Below are positions 18,040 through 28,531 of a stretch of 35,965 nucleotides of DNA, piece after piece. Below the pieces are notes generated by a model, which did not search any database, was not told where the DNA came from, and was given only the letters and a program-made list of their open reading frames with translations. Location: assembly GCA_019057635.1 (NCBI GenBank), contig DXJL01000164.1, positions 1 to 35,965 of the forward strand, in the 5' to 3' direction. Origin of the DNA: Candidatus Heimdallarchaeota archaeon. Its GTDB lineage: Archaea; Asgardarchaeota; Heimdallarchaeia; Hodarchaeales; Hodarchaeaceae. Made by a program: the position numbers and the translations under genes. Positions within the stretch are counted from its first letter, which is position 1, and every line of letters begins with the position of its first letter.

Positions 18040-20589
18040 CTAAAGAAATAGGTCACTGATTCGCACTAATTCAGGAGGGCAGACTTGCAGATTGCCCACT
18101 GCTGCGGAATAGACATAACCCGAAAAGTGTCCAAGAATTCTTGTTGCTTGTTTATATAGATAAGCATTTTCCAGAGAACTGGAGGATATTAATAACTCAT
18201 AAAGATCATTTCCTCTCCCTTTCCATTTTGACAAATGAAAACCAATCTTCACTGCATTGGCTGTTAGTAAGTAATTAAAGTAATTATCACCAAAGATTTC
18301 TTCGGGAGGGACATCTTCAAGAATTTCACGAGGAATTTCCATAAGATGAAGATAATTTGGACTTTGGAGATTTTCATCATCCATTAAGACTTCTGGATTA
18401 TTCTTAAAATATGAATCTTTGATTGAGGCAAATCCTTGGGATAAAAGAGGAGTAATCAACCCTGCATTTGATACTAAATAATCTCGTAATGCAACAACTC
18501 CCTCATTATAACGTTTTTCTCGAAGGAACGTAATTGTTTGGTTCTTTTCATACTTTGTTGGATGTTCTACAATATTGAGTAACTCGGAAGGAATTTGATC
18601 ATAGAAATGATGTGCTGTAATCATCTCAATAGAGAAATGTAAACCGTTCAGTTGTTCAAAAACTGCAAAAGCCTTTTTACTTTCTTTATCCTTTTTTGGA
18701 AATAGATTTTGTAATGTAAAGATATTAGAAACATTTTTTAGTACTACTGAAGCTTCTGCTACTTTCCATCCAGATTCGGTTTGTGTAAAGATAAACCATG
18801 GGGGTTCAGGAACTTTTTTACTTAAGATATGTTTCTCAAAACTCTGAATTTCCTTCGAAATTTTCTCTTCTTGCCGTTGAATTTCCTTCTGGACTAATTC
18901 CTTTAGGGAACTAATTTCCTGTTCATTTAGGGTTTTCTTGGATTTGACCTTTTTTGCTAGTTTTTCCAACCCATTAACAACTTTTTTCGTGATACTTATA
19001 TGACCAGGATATTCAAAACTCATCTCAGCATCAATAGTAGGATTTCCACCCTTTAAATTTGACCATGTATTATTAATTGCCGATAATAGGGGTTCATGAA
19101 GTTCTTCCTTAATTTTTCGAAAATTGTTCTGCTCAAACTGTTTAATATATTTTCCAAGATCACTTTTTAGGATTTCACATAGATTTTTTGTACCTAGTTC
19201 CTGAAGGGTAGGCAAACATCCATTTAGAACTGCTGTACGCCATTTATAGTTGATAAAAATATTCAAGAACGTAGTTAGATGATTTACTTCTTCCACTCGT
19301 TCGGCAAGTTGTGTGATGTATGAAGTTAGATCAGAAAATACCTTTCCGACATTAGAATCATTACCTAATAATAGAAAGGATAACAATGATGATGTAGTCT
19401 TAATCAGAGCATTTTCAAGTGATTTTTGTGCATAAGTAGCAGTCTCTGGATTTCCGGATAAATCATATACACGATCGATTTCCAGAGTGGGAAGGGGCCG
19501 ATTTCTGGAAATCAATCCAACAAGCTCTTTTTTGAGCTGATTGCCACTCATGGGTTTGATTTTTTTAGGTGTTAATTCGATTAAGAAGCTTAAAAATGCG
19601 TTGAAGAAGGGATTTTTTCTGAAATTGAAATGGGCTTCTTCTTCAACCAACATCTGAATTAATTCACCTGAGTCAAAAATTGTATCAAGATTTTTATTTG
19701 GAAACGCAAGATCAAGGAGTTGTTTGGCAATAACTAAGCCTTGTTCCCCAAACGCATTGTCTACATAGCCAGAAATAAATTCTTTTAGAAGTAACCCAGC
19801 TGTTACTTGTGTTGGTTGAGTTACGGGCCAATGAAATTCTTTGTCTTTCAATGCTTGTTTAAGCATGGCGGCTGGTCCATGACGATTGATTTCTTCAGTA
19901 ATCATAAGTTTTATCTTGGAACGTATAGTTGGAACGATTGATTCAATTTTTCGGGCAGTTAAAAGAATAGACATGTCATTCTTCAACAAAGACCCTAATG
20001 TAAGCCACACAGCCTCGGTAATAACATTCTCAATTTTCTCTGCATACGTTAAGTCTGTTAACGATAGTCCCAGTTCTTCACGAATGAAATCCCGATCTAT
20101 CTCGGAAAGTAACTTTTCTAACGTGTCTGTTTCACGGAATGGCGAATGTCGTACCTGTTTACGCCATGCCACAACAGCTTGATAGCATAATTTCACCTGA
20201 AATCGGTCGGGTAATGCACCAACTAGTAATATTTCTTCAAATGCAGGATTCCAGATGTAGTCCGAAAGGTACTTGTTTCCTAAAACTCCTGCTAATACCT
20301 TGATTTGACTCTCAATTTTTTTTTCGAAATGCGTCTTACTCCAGATGAAAAAACCGACAAGGGAATCATGACCCACATTTTGTATGAAAATTCGTCCTTT
20401 TTCAGCTTGAATATCATCCAATAACCCCATTCCAGTCTCTGAACTTGTCAATGATGAAATAGCTGTTAATATTCCCCCGAATAACACTGATTGTTCATTG
20501 CTAAATCCTATACTCACAGTAGGTATTCCGTGGTTAACAATAAAGAAAGCGATTTGTGGGGCAACAGGTTTCTTTCGAGCCACTGACAT
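18040..20589 (-). CDS. Large hypothetical protein with N-terminal longin/roadblock-like domain and long helical region
   Basis: N-terminal IAFFIVNHGIP...VLFGGILTAISSL...LDDIQ..KGRIFIQ...VGFFIW. The remainder is helical with a coiled-coil-like stretch (LKELVQKEIQRQEEKISKEIQ). Confidence 0.7.
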   Translation of the reverse strand: MSVARKKPVAPQIAFFIVNHGIPTVSIGFSNEQSVLFGGILTAISSLTSSETGMGLLDDIQAEKGRIFIQNVGHDSLVGFFIWSKTHFEKKIESQIKVLAGVLGNKYLSDYIWNPAFEEILLVGALPDRFQVKLCYQAVVAWRKQVRHSPFRETDTLEKLLSEIDRDFIREELGLSLTDLTYAEKIENVITEAVWLTLGSLLKNDMSILLTARKIESIVPTIRSKIKLMITEEINRHGPAAMLKQALKDKEFHWPVTQPTQVTAGLLLKEFISGYVDNAFGEQGLVIAKQLLDLAFPNKNLDTIFDSGELIQMLVEEEAHFNFRKNPFFNAFLSFLIELTPKKIKPMSGNQLKKELVGLISRNRPLPTLEIDRVYDLSGNPETATYAQKSLENALIKTTSSLLSFLLLGNDSNVGKVFSDLTSYITQLAERVEEVNHLTTFLNIFINYKWRTAVLNGCLPTLQELGTKNLCEILKSDLGKYIKQFEQNNFRKIKEELHEPLLSAINNTWSNLKGGNPTIDAEMSFEYPGHISITKKVVNGLEKLAKKVKSKKTLNEQEISSLKELVQKEIQRQEEKISKEIQSFEKHILSKKVPEPPWFIFTQTESGWKVAEASVVLKNVSNIFTLQNLFPKKDKESKKAFAVFEQLNGLHFSIEMITAHHFYDQIPSELLNIVEHPTKYEKNQTITFLREKRYNEGVVALRDYLVSNAGLITPLLSQGFASIKDSYFKNNPEVLMDDENLQSPNYLHLMEIPREILEDVPPEEIFGDNYFNYLLTANAVKIGFHLSKWKGRGNDLYELLISSSSLENAYLYKQATRILGHFSGYVYSAAVGNLQVCPPELVRISDLFL

Positions 20590-20796
20590 TTCCTCAAAGT
20601 ATTAGTGTTCTAAGTGAAATACACAACATGAGTGTGCTAATTGTGCAACTTAATGGATTGTTTGAGAGGATTCAATCCCCTTAATTAGTAAATAAACAAG
20701 AGGTATTTTAACCAATGGGTATGAAGTGGAATCAACTACTTGAACTAATGACAAACCCTTCACCGAATTGAGGGAGAAATTGAAAAGAGGATCATA

Positions 20797-22062
20797 ATGA
20801 ATATTTTGAAACAATATTCTGAATCTATTGCTAAATTCCTTCATCAAAATAAGTGGTTGATTTTATCCTGTTTTCTAAACTTGATTATCCAAGTTATTAT
20901 TGCTGTACTATATTTTAATCCCATTGACTTCGTATTACAGGTAGAGACTGCTCGGGAAATAGCTCAAGGTAAAATCTTGTATCGAGATATTCACCAAATT
21001 ATATATGAAGGGTCAATCCTTCCTAAGCCTCAATATCCTCCCTTATATCTATATACACTTGCAGCTCTCATGTTTATAGCTGGAGTAGATGCATTTTCAT
21101 ATAACATGGTGAAAATTTTTCTCATTCTTGTCAATTTCATCCTTGCGTTTCTTATTTATCACTTGATAAACACTAATTATGGTAAAATCATAGCTATTTT
21201 GGCGTTTAACTGGTTTTTACTTAATCCATCAACCCTTGGAATAACTCTGGGAGGTTATCATGAATACTTCATGCTATTATTTGTTTTACTCGCTTACCTC
21301 TGTTTTAACTATGAGCGATTGACTTGGAGTGGGATATGTTTTGGATTAGCCCTGCTGGTTAAACCCATAGCAGGGGTTTATATTATTCCAATTCTTATAT
21401 GGGGATTAAAGAAGAGGAAAATGACTTCAATTTATATAGGGATTGTCGCAAGTTTAACTTTTACTATCATATCACTGCCGTTTCTATTATTAGCACCAGC
21501 AGAATATATTACGGATGTTTTTCTTGTGCACACAAACCGTCTTGACACAAGTATGTCATTCTACGTGTATATTTTCACCGATCTCTCCCCGACTCTCTTT
21601 CCCTTTATTCTTCAACTACTACTCTTCTCGATAATTGGAGTAATCTTATTCTATAAAATTCAATTCAAGGATCCGTTGGAAATTTATATTGGTGTTCTAC
21701 CATTTATTACGATATTTCTAGCATTTAATAGAATCTTGTATCCACATTATATACCAATGATATTCCCTTTCTTTACTCTGTCGTTATTCTTGCTGATTGA
21801 TCGCTATCGGCATATACTCCCTAAGAAGGAGACATTATGGCAAATTTATGGGTATATTTTTGGCCTTGGAGTAGTCTATGTGGGTTACATTTGGTGGTCA
21901 ATTCTTTGGTCAATCGAAGGATTTGGATCGTATAGGACAAATATCTATTTTCCCATCTCTGCAGGTATCTGTATTGGTGGCCTTTTAATTATTACAATCA
22001 TATCACTCTGGTCAATCATAACAATGGCTAGTGTAAAAGACAGGAATGAAATACATGTTTAA
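20797..22062 (+). CDS. GT-C fold polytopic glycosyltransferase (GT87/PIG-M-like mannosyltransferase family)
   Basis: About 10-11 TMs, early acidic D (PIDF), G..LYRD, YPPLY, WFLLNP, GLALLVKP and NRILYPHY. Confidence 0.8.
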   Translation: MNILKQYSESIAKFLHQNKWLILSCFLNLIIQVIIAVLYFNPIDFVLQVETAREIAQGKILYRDIHQIIYEGSILPKPQYPPLYLYTLAALMFIAGVDAFSYNMVKIFLILVNFILAFLIYHLINTNYGKIIAILAFNWFLLNPSTLGITLGGYHEYFMLLFVLLAYLCFNYERLTWSGICFGLALLVKPIAGVYIIPILIWGLKKRKMTSIYIGIVASLTFTIISLPFLLLAPAEYITDVFLVHTNRLDTSMSFYVYIFTDLSPTLFPFILQLLLFSIIGVILFYKIQFKDPLEIYIGVLPFITIFLAFNRILYPHYIPMIFPFFTLSLFLLIDRYRHILPKKETLWQIYGYIFGLGVVYVGYIWWSILWSIEGFGSYRTNIYFPISAGICIGGLLIITIISLWSIITMASVKDRNEIHV

Positions 22063-22648
22063 TGATCGAATAGCACGTATCCAGACTTCTTTACCCCCAT
22101 TATTTGTAACTCTGAGTATAGGGGTAATTTTAATTCTCATCTACATTTTTGGAATGATCTTTTATCCCGACCAGTTATTAATACAATCACGGGATATGAT
22201 AGATCAATGGGGTCAAGTTAATGAACTGATACTCAATGGGGAATGGTATAGGCTATTTACAGCGTTCTGGATCCACGGAAATATTGTTCACCTTGCTTCA
22301 AATCTCCTGTTCCTACTCATTTTCGGTTCACGACTTGAAGAATTAGTTAAGGGATATGAACTCTTTCTGGTTTTCCTCATTAGTGGTATAATCGGCAATG
22401 TAGCTACTCTTGGTTCCATTCTTCTAGGCATTGATTTTGTCTCCTTGGGAGCTTCAGGAGCTGTCTTTGGCTTACTGGGAGCTATTTTATTCTTATTAGG
22501 TGGAAAATCAAAACGAGAAAGAAGGTCAATGTCTTATTTTATACTGATATTCTTTGTCATAACTATTGGCCAAGATACAAATGTCATATCACACTTGTTC
22601 GGACTAGTGGGGGGATTTTATGTGATGAAATTTCTTAAGAACCACTGA
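22046..22648 (+). CDS. Rhomboid family intramembrane serine protease
   Basis: GEWYRLFTA, H...HLASN, catalytic GASG and SHLFGLVGG. Overlaps the GT gene by 17 nt. Confidence 0.95.
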   Translation: MKYMFNDRIARIQTSLPPLFVTLSIGVILILIYIFGMIFYPDQLLIQSRDMIDQWGQVNELILNGEWYRLFTAFWIHGNIVHLASNLLFLLIFGSRLEELVKGYELFLVFLISGIIGNVATLGSILLGIDFVSLGASGAVFGLLGAILFLLGGKSKRERRSMSYFILIFFVITIGQDTNVISHLFGLVGGFYVMKFLKNH

Positions 22649-22659
22649 AGGGAGAGGGT

Positions 22660-24249
22660 TCAATCCAGTTCTGCTAAAAATTCGCAGTGAGAATGACCAC
22701 TCGCTTGACATTTGACTTCACGAACAATAACATCCTCCTCAATAAAAAGATCTAATCTTCCGTTAATAAACCCAGAGAGAAAATCATCCAACATATTAAC
22801 TTTAGGAGGCTCTTCTACCCCAGGAAATAACGCAACCCGATCAACAGTTGATAAGTCGATTCCAGAGCTGGCAGCACTTTCCCAAACTCTGAAGATCGCA
22901 CTCTCATCATCGATCTGTTTGACAACAACATCAGGTGAATGGATCTTTGACAGACTAGAGATATTCCCGAAGTAATAACTTAAGACTTGACAGGCTTGTT
23001 CAAATTCCATAGCACCTAAAAGATTTGCATCAATCTCCCGCCGATTAATAATTCTGCTAATAATTCCAAAATCCTCCAAGATTTGCCCATAATGTTGGCC
23101 AGCATAGGAAAGTAAGGTTGAATTAAATGGATCAGAAAATTTGAGAGAGGTAAGGATATGCTGTAGGACAGAGATATGAATGAAATCGCCTATTGCAGGC
23201 CGCATCCATTTTTTATTCAGAAGGGAATTATACATATTTTTAGAAATTGTACCAATTGATAATTCAAAACGTAAGCGATCAGTTTCACTGAAAAATTCTT
23301 TAGATTCCATTTGGGAAAGATCATAATGATCAGAGGTTTCTCCCAGCTTGATGTCAAATTCACAGTGATGATCACCCAGCCCCCAACATTTAGTTTCCGT
23401 GACAGCAGCTTTTTCTCCCAAAGTCACCTCAATTAAACCGGCAATTTCTCCTGCAAAAAAACCACAGACATCTTGGCCAATATCGGAGTTTTCAACTGCA
23501 TGAGCCGAACCGTTCACATGAAGTTTTACATGATAATCCGATATTTGATCAATAGTTAAATCAGAGGCCACATTTAAAGCCATAGGATTTGGTCCATACA
23601 GGATTTTGAACCCTTTTAACATCTCATGAAAACGGCTCTTCATCCGATGCTCATTCATAATATTTCGGTTATAACTGTGTAACCAGGATTGGGCAGCCCC
23701 GAATTTACCTGCTAATTCACCTGCACGGAACAAATATCCCTTAGCAATAGGATTAATAGCAATTAACGAAGTTACAATAGCCTGTAAGTGTCCGATATGA
23801 ACATAATCACCAATTGAAGGCCGAATGACTGTTTCAAGTTCATCAACGTCCAATAAGCGACCAGAAACGGTGATGATTGAAAGTTTTCGCCATCTATCAC
23901 GGTCTGCTTCACTTGCTTTGACACCAGCTTCTATCAATTTATTGAAGAGGTAGTTAAATAGATCATATCCTTCAGAAGAAAACATACCCGTGTCTTCCCC
24001 TCCAAAGGAGGAAAACATAGAAGCGGCCTGTGTAGCAGTCAAAATGACTTCATCATTGAAAAGAACATGGGGGACCTGATACACATGATATCGTTTACTA
24101 GCAATGTCAGCGTGATCATCTGTATCGATGATCTTCAGAGTGGCGCCCCCTTGGGAAGTGTCAACAATACGTTTGATATGTTTCTCAACGGGTTTACAAA
24201 CTGCGCATTTTGGCCCTTTAAACAGTATAATGCTTATGGGTTCTGCCAT
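22660..24249 (-). CDS. Thioredoxin-like domain fused to two V4R domains
   Basis: N-terminal CAVC...VYQVPHV, then two repeats starting IRPSIGDYVHI / MRPAIGDFIHI and ending ETKCWGLGDHHCEF / EVKCQASGHSHCEF. Confidence 0.85.
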   Translation of the reverse strand: MAEPISIILFKGPKCAVCKPVEKHIKRIVDTSQGGATLKIIDTDDHADIASKRYHVYQVPHVLFNDEVILTATQAASMFSSFGGEDTGMFSSEGYDLFNYLFNKLIEAGVKASEADRDRWRKLSIITVSGRLLDVDELETVIRPSIGDYVHIGHLQAIVTSLIAINPIAKGYLFRAGELAGKFGAAQSWLHSYNRNIMNEHRMKSRFHEMLKGFKILYGPNPMALNVASDLTIDQISDYHVKLHVNGSAHAVENSDIGQDVCGFFAGEIAGLIEVTLGEKAAVTETKCWGLGDHHCEFDIKLGETSDHYDLSQMESKEFFSETDRLRFELSIGTISKNMYNSLLNKKWMRPAIGDFIHISVLQHILTSLKFSDPFNSTLLSYAGQHYGQILEDFGIISRIINRREIDANLLGAMEFEQACQVLSYYFGNISSLSKIHSPDVVVKQIDDESAIFRVWESAASSGIDLSTVDRVALFPGVEEPPKVNMLDDFLSGFINGRLDLFIEEDVIVREVKCQASGHSHCEFLAELD

Positions 24250-24531
24250 GGACTTCTCTACTTCCGGCTTTGGTCTTTTTGAACGAAAAATATTATTCTT
24301 AGTAATACTATTATTTTTACTATAGTCTTGAATTATATATCTATCTCATCATCGTAATGTTCCCTAAGCACAATATTCCCTTTGCTGTAATATCACAATC
24401 CTTAATATTTTTGATGAGGGGTCGAAGACATACCTTTCTCCTCGTATTAATCCTGAGAAAGTAATTTTTTTCCTGAATTGAACAAAAATTTTTATTACAT
24501 AGTCAAAGAGAAACAGTGGTGGTAGAGAAAG

Positions 24532-25263
24532 TTGAATATAATAGATTTCTTTGAACAACACTATAATTTGAAATCTCCCAAAGTCTTAGAAGCCTATCAA
24601 GGATACTTAGTGGCTGGAAAATTCCAAAAACAACCTAGATGTTTTTGGATAAATAAACAAAATATTGAAGGTTTAACCGAAATCGCTAAAATCGTAGCAA
24701 TTGAGACAGCTTTTCAAGGAATATTATCACTGATTCCAGGCGGATCCTTTGCCTATCGGCTTATCAAAGATCAGATTGGATACCCCCCGAGATATAATAT
24801 AATTTTTGAACCTGATTTATATGAAATCAAATATAACTATATTACCTTAGACAAAGAAGGGCAACCACAAAATATAGTAGATACAGTAACCCAACGAGTT
24901 GACGATGCTGCAAAATTCGCAGTTAAAGCTGGAGAAAAACTTCAAGACACGATTTTTCACATCCTCAAGAAGAAAAAAGATGCTGATGATTCCGAAGCAA
25001 CACCGTCGGATGACCCTATTCTCGGATTCACCTATTTTCGTTTTATTGATAAAACAAGCCTGATTCGAAATCAAATCATTTCCAAACGTATTGATGCAAC
25101 ACAATCACGGTCAGGGAAACTGACGAAAAAAATGGTTTCTGAACTCGCTCCATCCATCGTCATCAGTTTCAAAACCACTGCGAACGAGGAGGCGGTGGAT
25201 TTCCTGAAACATCTTCAAACACTAGGTTTCAAAGTCCATTTTTCGAATCGAGTGAAAGAATAA
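24532..25263 (+). CDS. Hypothetical protein
   Basis: 243-aa ORF with TTG start and protein-like composition; no motif recognised. Confidence 0.7.
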   Translation: MNIIDFFEQHYNLKSPKVLEAYQGYLVAGKFQKQPRCFWINKQNIEGLTEIAKIVAIETAFQGILSLIPGGSFAYRLIKDQIGYPPRYNIIFEPDLYEIKYNYITLDKEGQPQNIVDTVTQRVDDAAKFAVKAGEKLQDTIFHILKKKKDADDSEATPSDDPILGFTYFRFIDKTSLIRNQIISKRIDATQSRSGKLTKKMVSELAPSIVISFKTTANEEAVDFLKHLQTLGFKVHFSNRVKE

Positions 25264-25271
25264 TTAGACAC

Positions 25272-26831
25272 TTAGTCTGCAATCTGGTAAATCACATCTA
25301 AATAAGTTCCATCACGATATTCTACCAGAGTGGTGATATCAGATGTAAATTCAGGGCTTATTGGGGAGGCAAGACTGTGAGATTCCTCTTTTAGCTCATC
25401 TATAGTTCTTAAATTGAGTTTTGTTTTACGTAATCGTTTTTCTATCCTTAAGCGCTTCGGTGTAGGATGAGGATTAAGAGCGATTCCGTTATCTGTAATG
25501 ATTAAATCAATACTGTCTCCAGGCGTACTTACCGTAGTAACTGAATCGAGAATGGATGGTACTTTTCTAGCGATAGGAACGACAATCATGCTAACCTTTG
25601 CTCGAGCTGCATCTTGATGTCCTCCGATGCCCGAGTTTAGAAGTCCATTACTAAAAGTATTCACATTGATATTAAAATTTAGGTCAATTTCTGTGGCACC
25701 AAGAACAGTAAAATCCGTATTTAACGCGATACACGCTTTGTTGAATGGATTATAAGCGTGATCAATGGAAATTTCAACATGATTCTCATTTCTGTGTAAA
25801 GATTCAATCGCTCCAAGATCGAACGATTGAGCATCATAGATTGCGGTGAATAGTCCCTCTTCGAGCATCTTCACTGAATTAGTAGCAATCCCTCCGAATA
25901 TATATCCCCCATGAATTTTCTTATCGGCCATTAGTTCTTTCAAATATTGGGAAGCGGCTAATGACATTCCTCCTGCTCCTGCTTGCCAATTAAATCCGTC
26001 ATTCAGATATCCTGAATGTTCCATTACTTGAACTACCGTCTCTGCAATACCTAATCGTTGAGGAGAGGGTTTTCTACCTAAGCTTCCAGAGGCAATTTTT
26101 TCAGGATCACCGATTTTATCTACTTCTAGAACATAATCCACTCGACTTGAAGGGATACTGACATGTACCAAGGGTTCGTTAATAACGGTATCAGTTACCC
26201 CAACTACTATGTTTGCATATAAGGAATCTGTTTCTAATGGATATCCTAAACTTCCAAAAGCGTTTTTTCCAATCATTCCTGTCAAATTACCAATAAAATC
26301 ACATGCTGATGCAGCAATAAACGTGACATCGACAGGTAAACTACCCTCCTGAACTGCACGAGTTCGTCCTCCATGTGAACGAAGTATTGTAGGAACTTTC
26401 ACCTCTCCGCGTGAAATGGCATTTCCTAGTGGTCCATTCACACTTCCTTCAATACGTCCGATCACTCCAGATTGAATAAATTCAATTAAAGGAGTATGCA
26501 CAGGAAATAATGCCGTTGTGGCTAGTGTTATATTGTTAATCCCGTAAGATGCGAGTGCTTCCACAATCGGTAGGACGACATTATCACCATTTCTCAAAGC
26601 GTGATGAAATGAAATAGACATCCCATTCCGAAGGGGTAAGACATCCAAAAGTGCTTCAACTGAGTCAAAGAATCGTTTAGTCTTTCGAGAGACATATGTT
26701 GGTTGGTAGGCGGTTCCTACCCGGTTACCAGCGATAGTACTATTATGAATTCCCTTATATGGTTTTAAAACTCGATTAAAAACTTTTTCAGGAAATTTTC
26801 TACCCAAGATATTGGTAATGTCTGTAGTCAT
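25272..26831 (-). CDS. citF: Citrate lyase alpha subunit / citrate CoA-transferase
   Basis: GMSISFHHALRNGD, LRSHGGR, FGSLGY, IGDPEKIASG, QAGAGG, LGATEIDLNFNINV, GGHQD, TPGDSID and EYRDG. Start is most likely ATG 26831 (MTTDITNILGR), not 26990. Confidence 0.95.
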   Translation of the reverse strand: MTTDITNILGRKFPEKVFNRVLKPYKGIHNSTIAGNRVGTAYQPTYVSRKTKRFFDSVEALLDVLPLRNGMSISFHHALRNGDNVVLPIVEALASYGINNITLATTALFPVHTPLIEFIQSGVIGRIEGSVNGPLGNAISRGEVKVPTILRSHGGRTRAVQEGSLPVDVTFIAASACDFIGNLTGMIGKNAFGSLGYPLETDSLYANIVVGVTDTVINEPLVHVSIPSSRVDYVLEVDKIGDPEKIASGSLGRKPSPQRLGIAETVVQVMEHSGYLNDGFNWQAGAGGMSLAASQYLKELMADKKIHGGYIFGGIATNSVKMLEEGLFTAIYDAQSFDLGAIESLHRNENHVEISIDHAYNPFNKACIALNTDFTVLGATEIDLNFNINVNTFSNGLLNSGIGGHQDAARAKVSMIVVPIARKVPSILDSVTTVSTPGDSIDLIITDNGIALNPHPTPKRLRIEKRLRKTKLNLRTIDELKEESHSLASPISPEFTSDITTLVEYRDGTYLDVIYQIAD

Positions 26832-27395
26832 TAGAGGAGCTCCTGTTAATGCATCATTACATATAGGAAACGGGAGTAAGTTTCTATGCAAAAAGTATTT
26901 GCTTAGCGTCAAAAAACACGAATAATTCAGAAGAACCTTATTCAATTTTTTAACCCAAAAAAATTCATAATAGCAAGGATTTACCGTCATCGGAAAATAT
27001 TTGAAATGTACTTTTTCAGAAGAAATCGGTATGAAAATGACCTTCCACCTATTGATATGAATAGGTGCGCTGTTGAGAAGCGCGCTCTAATTTGATAAGA
27101 TCTAATGTAGGATTGCATTTATGGTAAATTTCTTACCATTTTGTAGATAGAGTCTTAGATTTAAATCTGCAAATGTTACAGGAATCCTAGATTACGAATT
27201 AGAGTGGGTAGTACCATTCATTTTGGTCATTGAACTCTTCTTGAAGAATTCTCTTCAGTAGGGACATACTACTCATTTTTGATTCCACAAGTAATTATCC
27301 TTCCTAAGTGTCTCTTTCTGCTTTTATCTAATCAGATTAGATCTATTCGTCAAAATAAGAACAAAAAATAGATTGAAAAATCAGAATTAAGAGGA

Positions 27396-28391
27396 ATGAA
27401 AATAATGAATTGGAATACTAAGTTTAAATGGTATAAATTTAGTGTCGTAAGAAAAATACGAAATTTAGAAGGCGATGAACTAGTTAAAGTATTAGAAGAC
27501 ACAATTCAAGATATTTACGACAAAAAATTGGATAAAAATGGCTTCTTCAAGCTTTACATAAATCAACTCAATCAGTTTATCTCAGATACCAAAGTAAAAC
27601 CTAAGAAGGGAAGTACACGGCAATTTGACCCCTTTTTCATACCCCGATCGGGGGATGGACGGATAGTTCTATTTGGATTATCCAATGTTGGCAAGAGTAC
27701 TTTAATGAACGCCATAACCAACACGGATGTAAAAACAGGTAGCTATCTTCATACTACACGAGAAGCACTTGCAGGAACTTTGGAATTTCAAGGAGTCAAA
27801 ATTCAACTGATTGACTTACCTGGGTTTTTAGACTTCAAAGAAGATTGGAATATCAGTAAACAGATAGTTAGAGTGGCAAGAACTAGTGATTCTATCCTAT
27901 TAGTCATTGATCTTTCAATGGATATCGAACGACAGTATAATTTCTTGATGGACCAATTAATCAAATCAAAATTACTAGAAACGGAAGAAGATTCGGAAAT
28001 TTACAACCTTGGAATTATTGCTACTAAAGGTGATTTACCAACTTCAAAACAGAATTATAGCATCCTAGAATCTCAGACGAGAATACCCATATTACCAATT
28101 TCCAGCAACAATCCAGAGTCATTAGATAAGCTAAAAAAGTATATATATGACCTTCTAGATGTCATTCGAATTTATACAAAACCTCCTCGAAAAGAACCAG
28201 CAAAAATCCCATTTATAATCTCCAATGGATCAACAATTAACGAATTAGCCGAAAAAATTCATAATGATCTTGTGAGACATTTCCGTTACGCGAAAATCTG
28301 GGGATCTTCTGTTGAATTTCCTGGTCAACGAGTAGGACCCGATCATCAATTGAATGATGAAGATATTGTAGAAATTACAACAGCTAGATAG
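27396..28391 (+). CDS. OBG-family DRG-like GTPase with C-terminal TGS domain
   Basis: GLSNVGKS, YLHTT, IQLIDLPG, TKGD, and TGS segment IRIYTKP...IHNDL...YAKIWG.SV.F.GQRVG.DH.L.DEDIVEI. Confidence 0.92.
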   Translation: MKIMNWNTKFKWYKFSVVRKIRNLEGDELVKVLEDTIQDIYDKKLDKNGFFKLYINQLNQFISDTKVKPKKGSTRQFDPFFIPRSGDGRIVLFGLSNVGKSTLMNAITNTDVKTGSYLHTTREALAGTLEFQGVKIQLIDLPGFLDFKEDWNISKQIVRVARTSDSILLVIDLSMDIERQYNFLMDQLIKSKLLETEEDSEIYNLGIIATKGDLPTSKQNYSILESQTRIPILPISSNNPESLDKLKKYIYDLLDVIRIYTKPPRKEPAKIPFIISNGSTINELAEKIHNDLVRHFRYAKIWGSSVEFPGQRVGPDHQLNDEDIVEITTAR

Positions 28392-28531
28392 ATACTACTC
28401 GATGTCATCATCATTTATTTCATTTAAAGTCATAAAAAAAAGGAGGTTTAATACCCCATAATTCTTGGGGCATATCTTCAGAAATGTTATAACGATCTTT
28501 TCACCCCACAAAAAATCAGTGAGAAAAACAC

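Noticed and set aside
26832-26990. 53-aa N-terminal extension of CitF
   Set aside because: Not protein-like; CitF similarity begins at MTTDITNILGR (26831).
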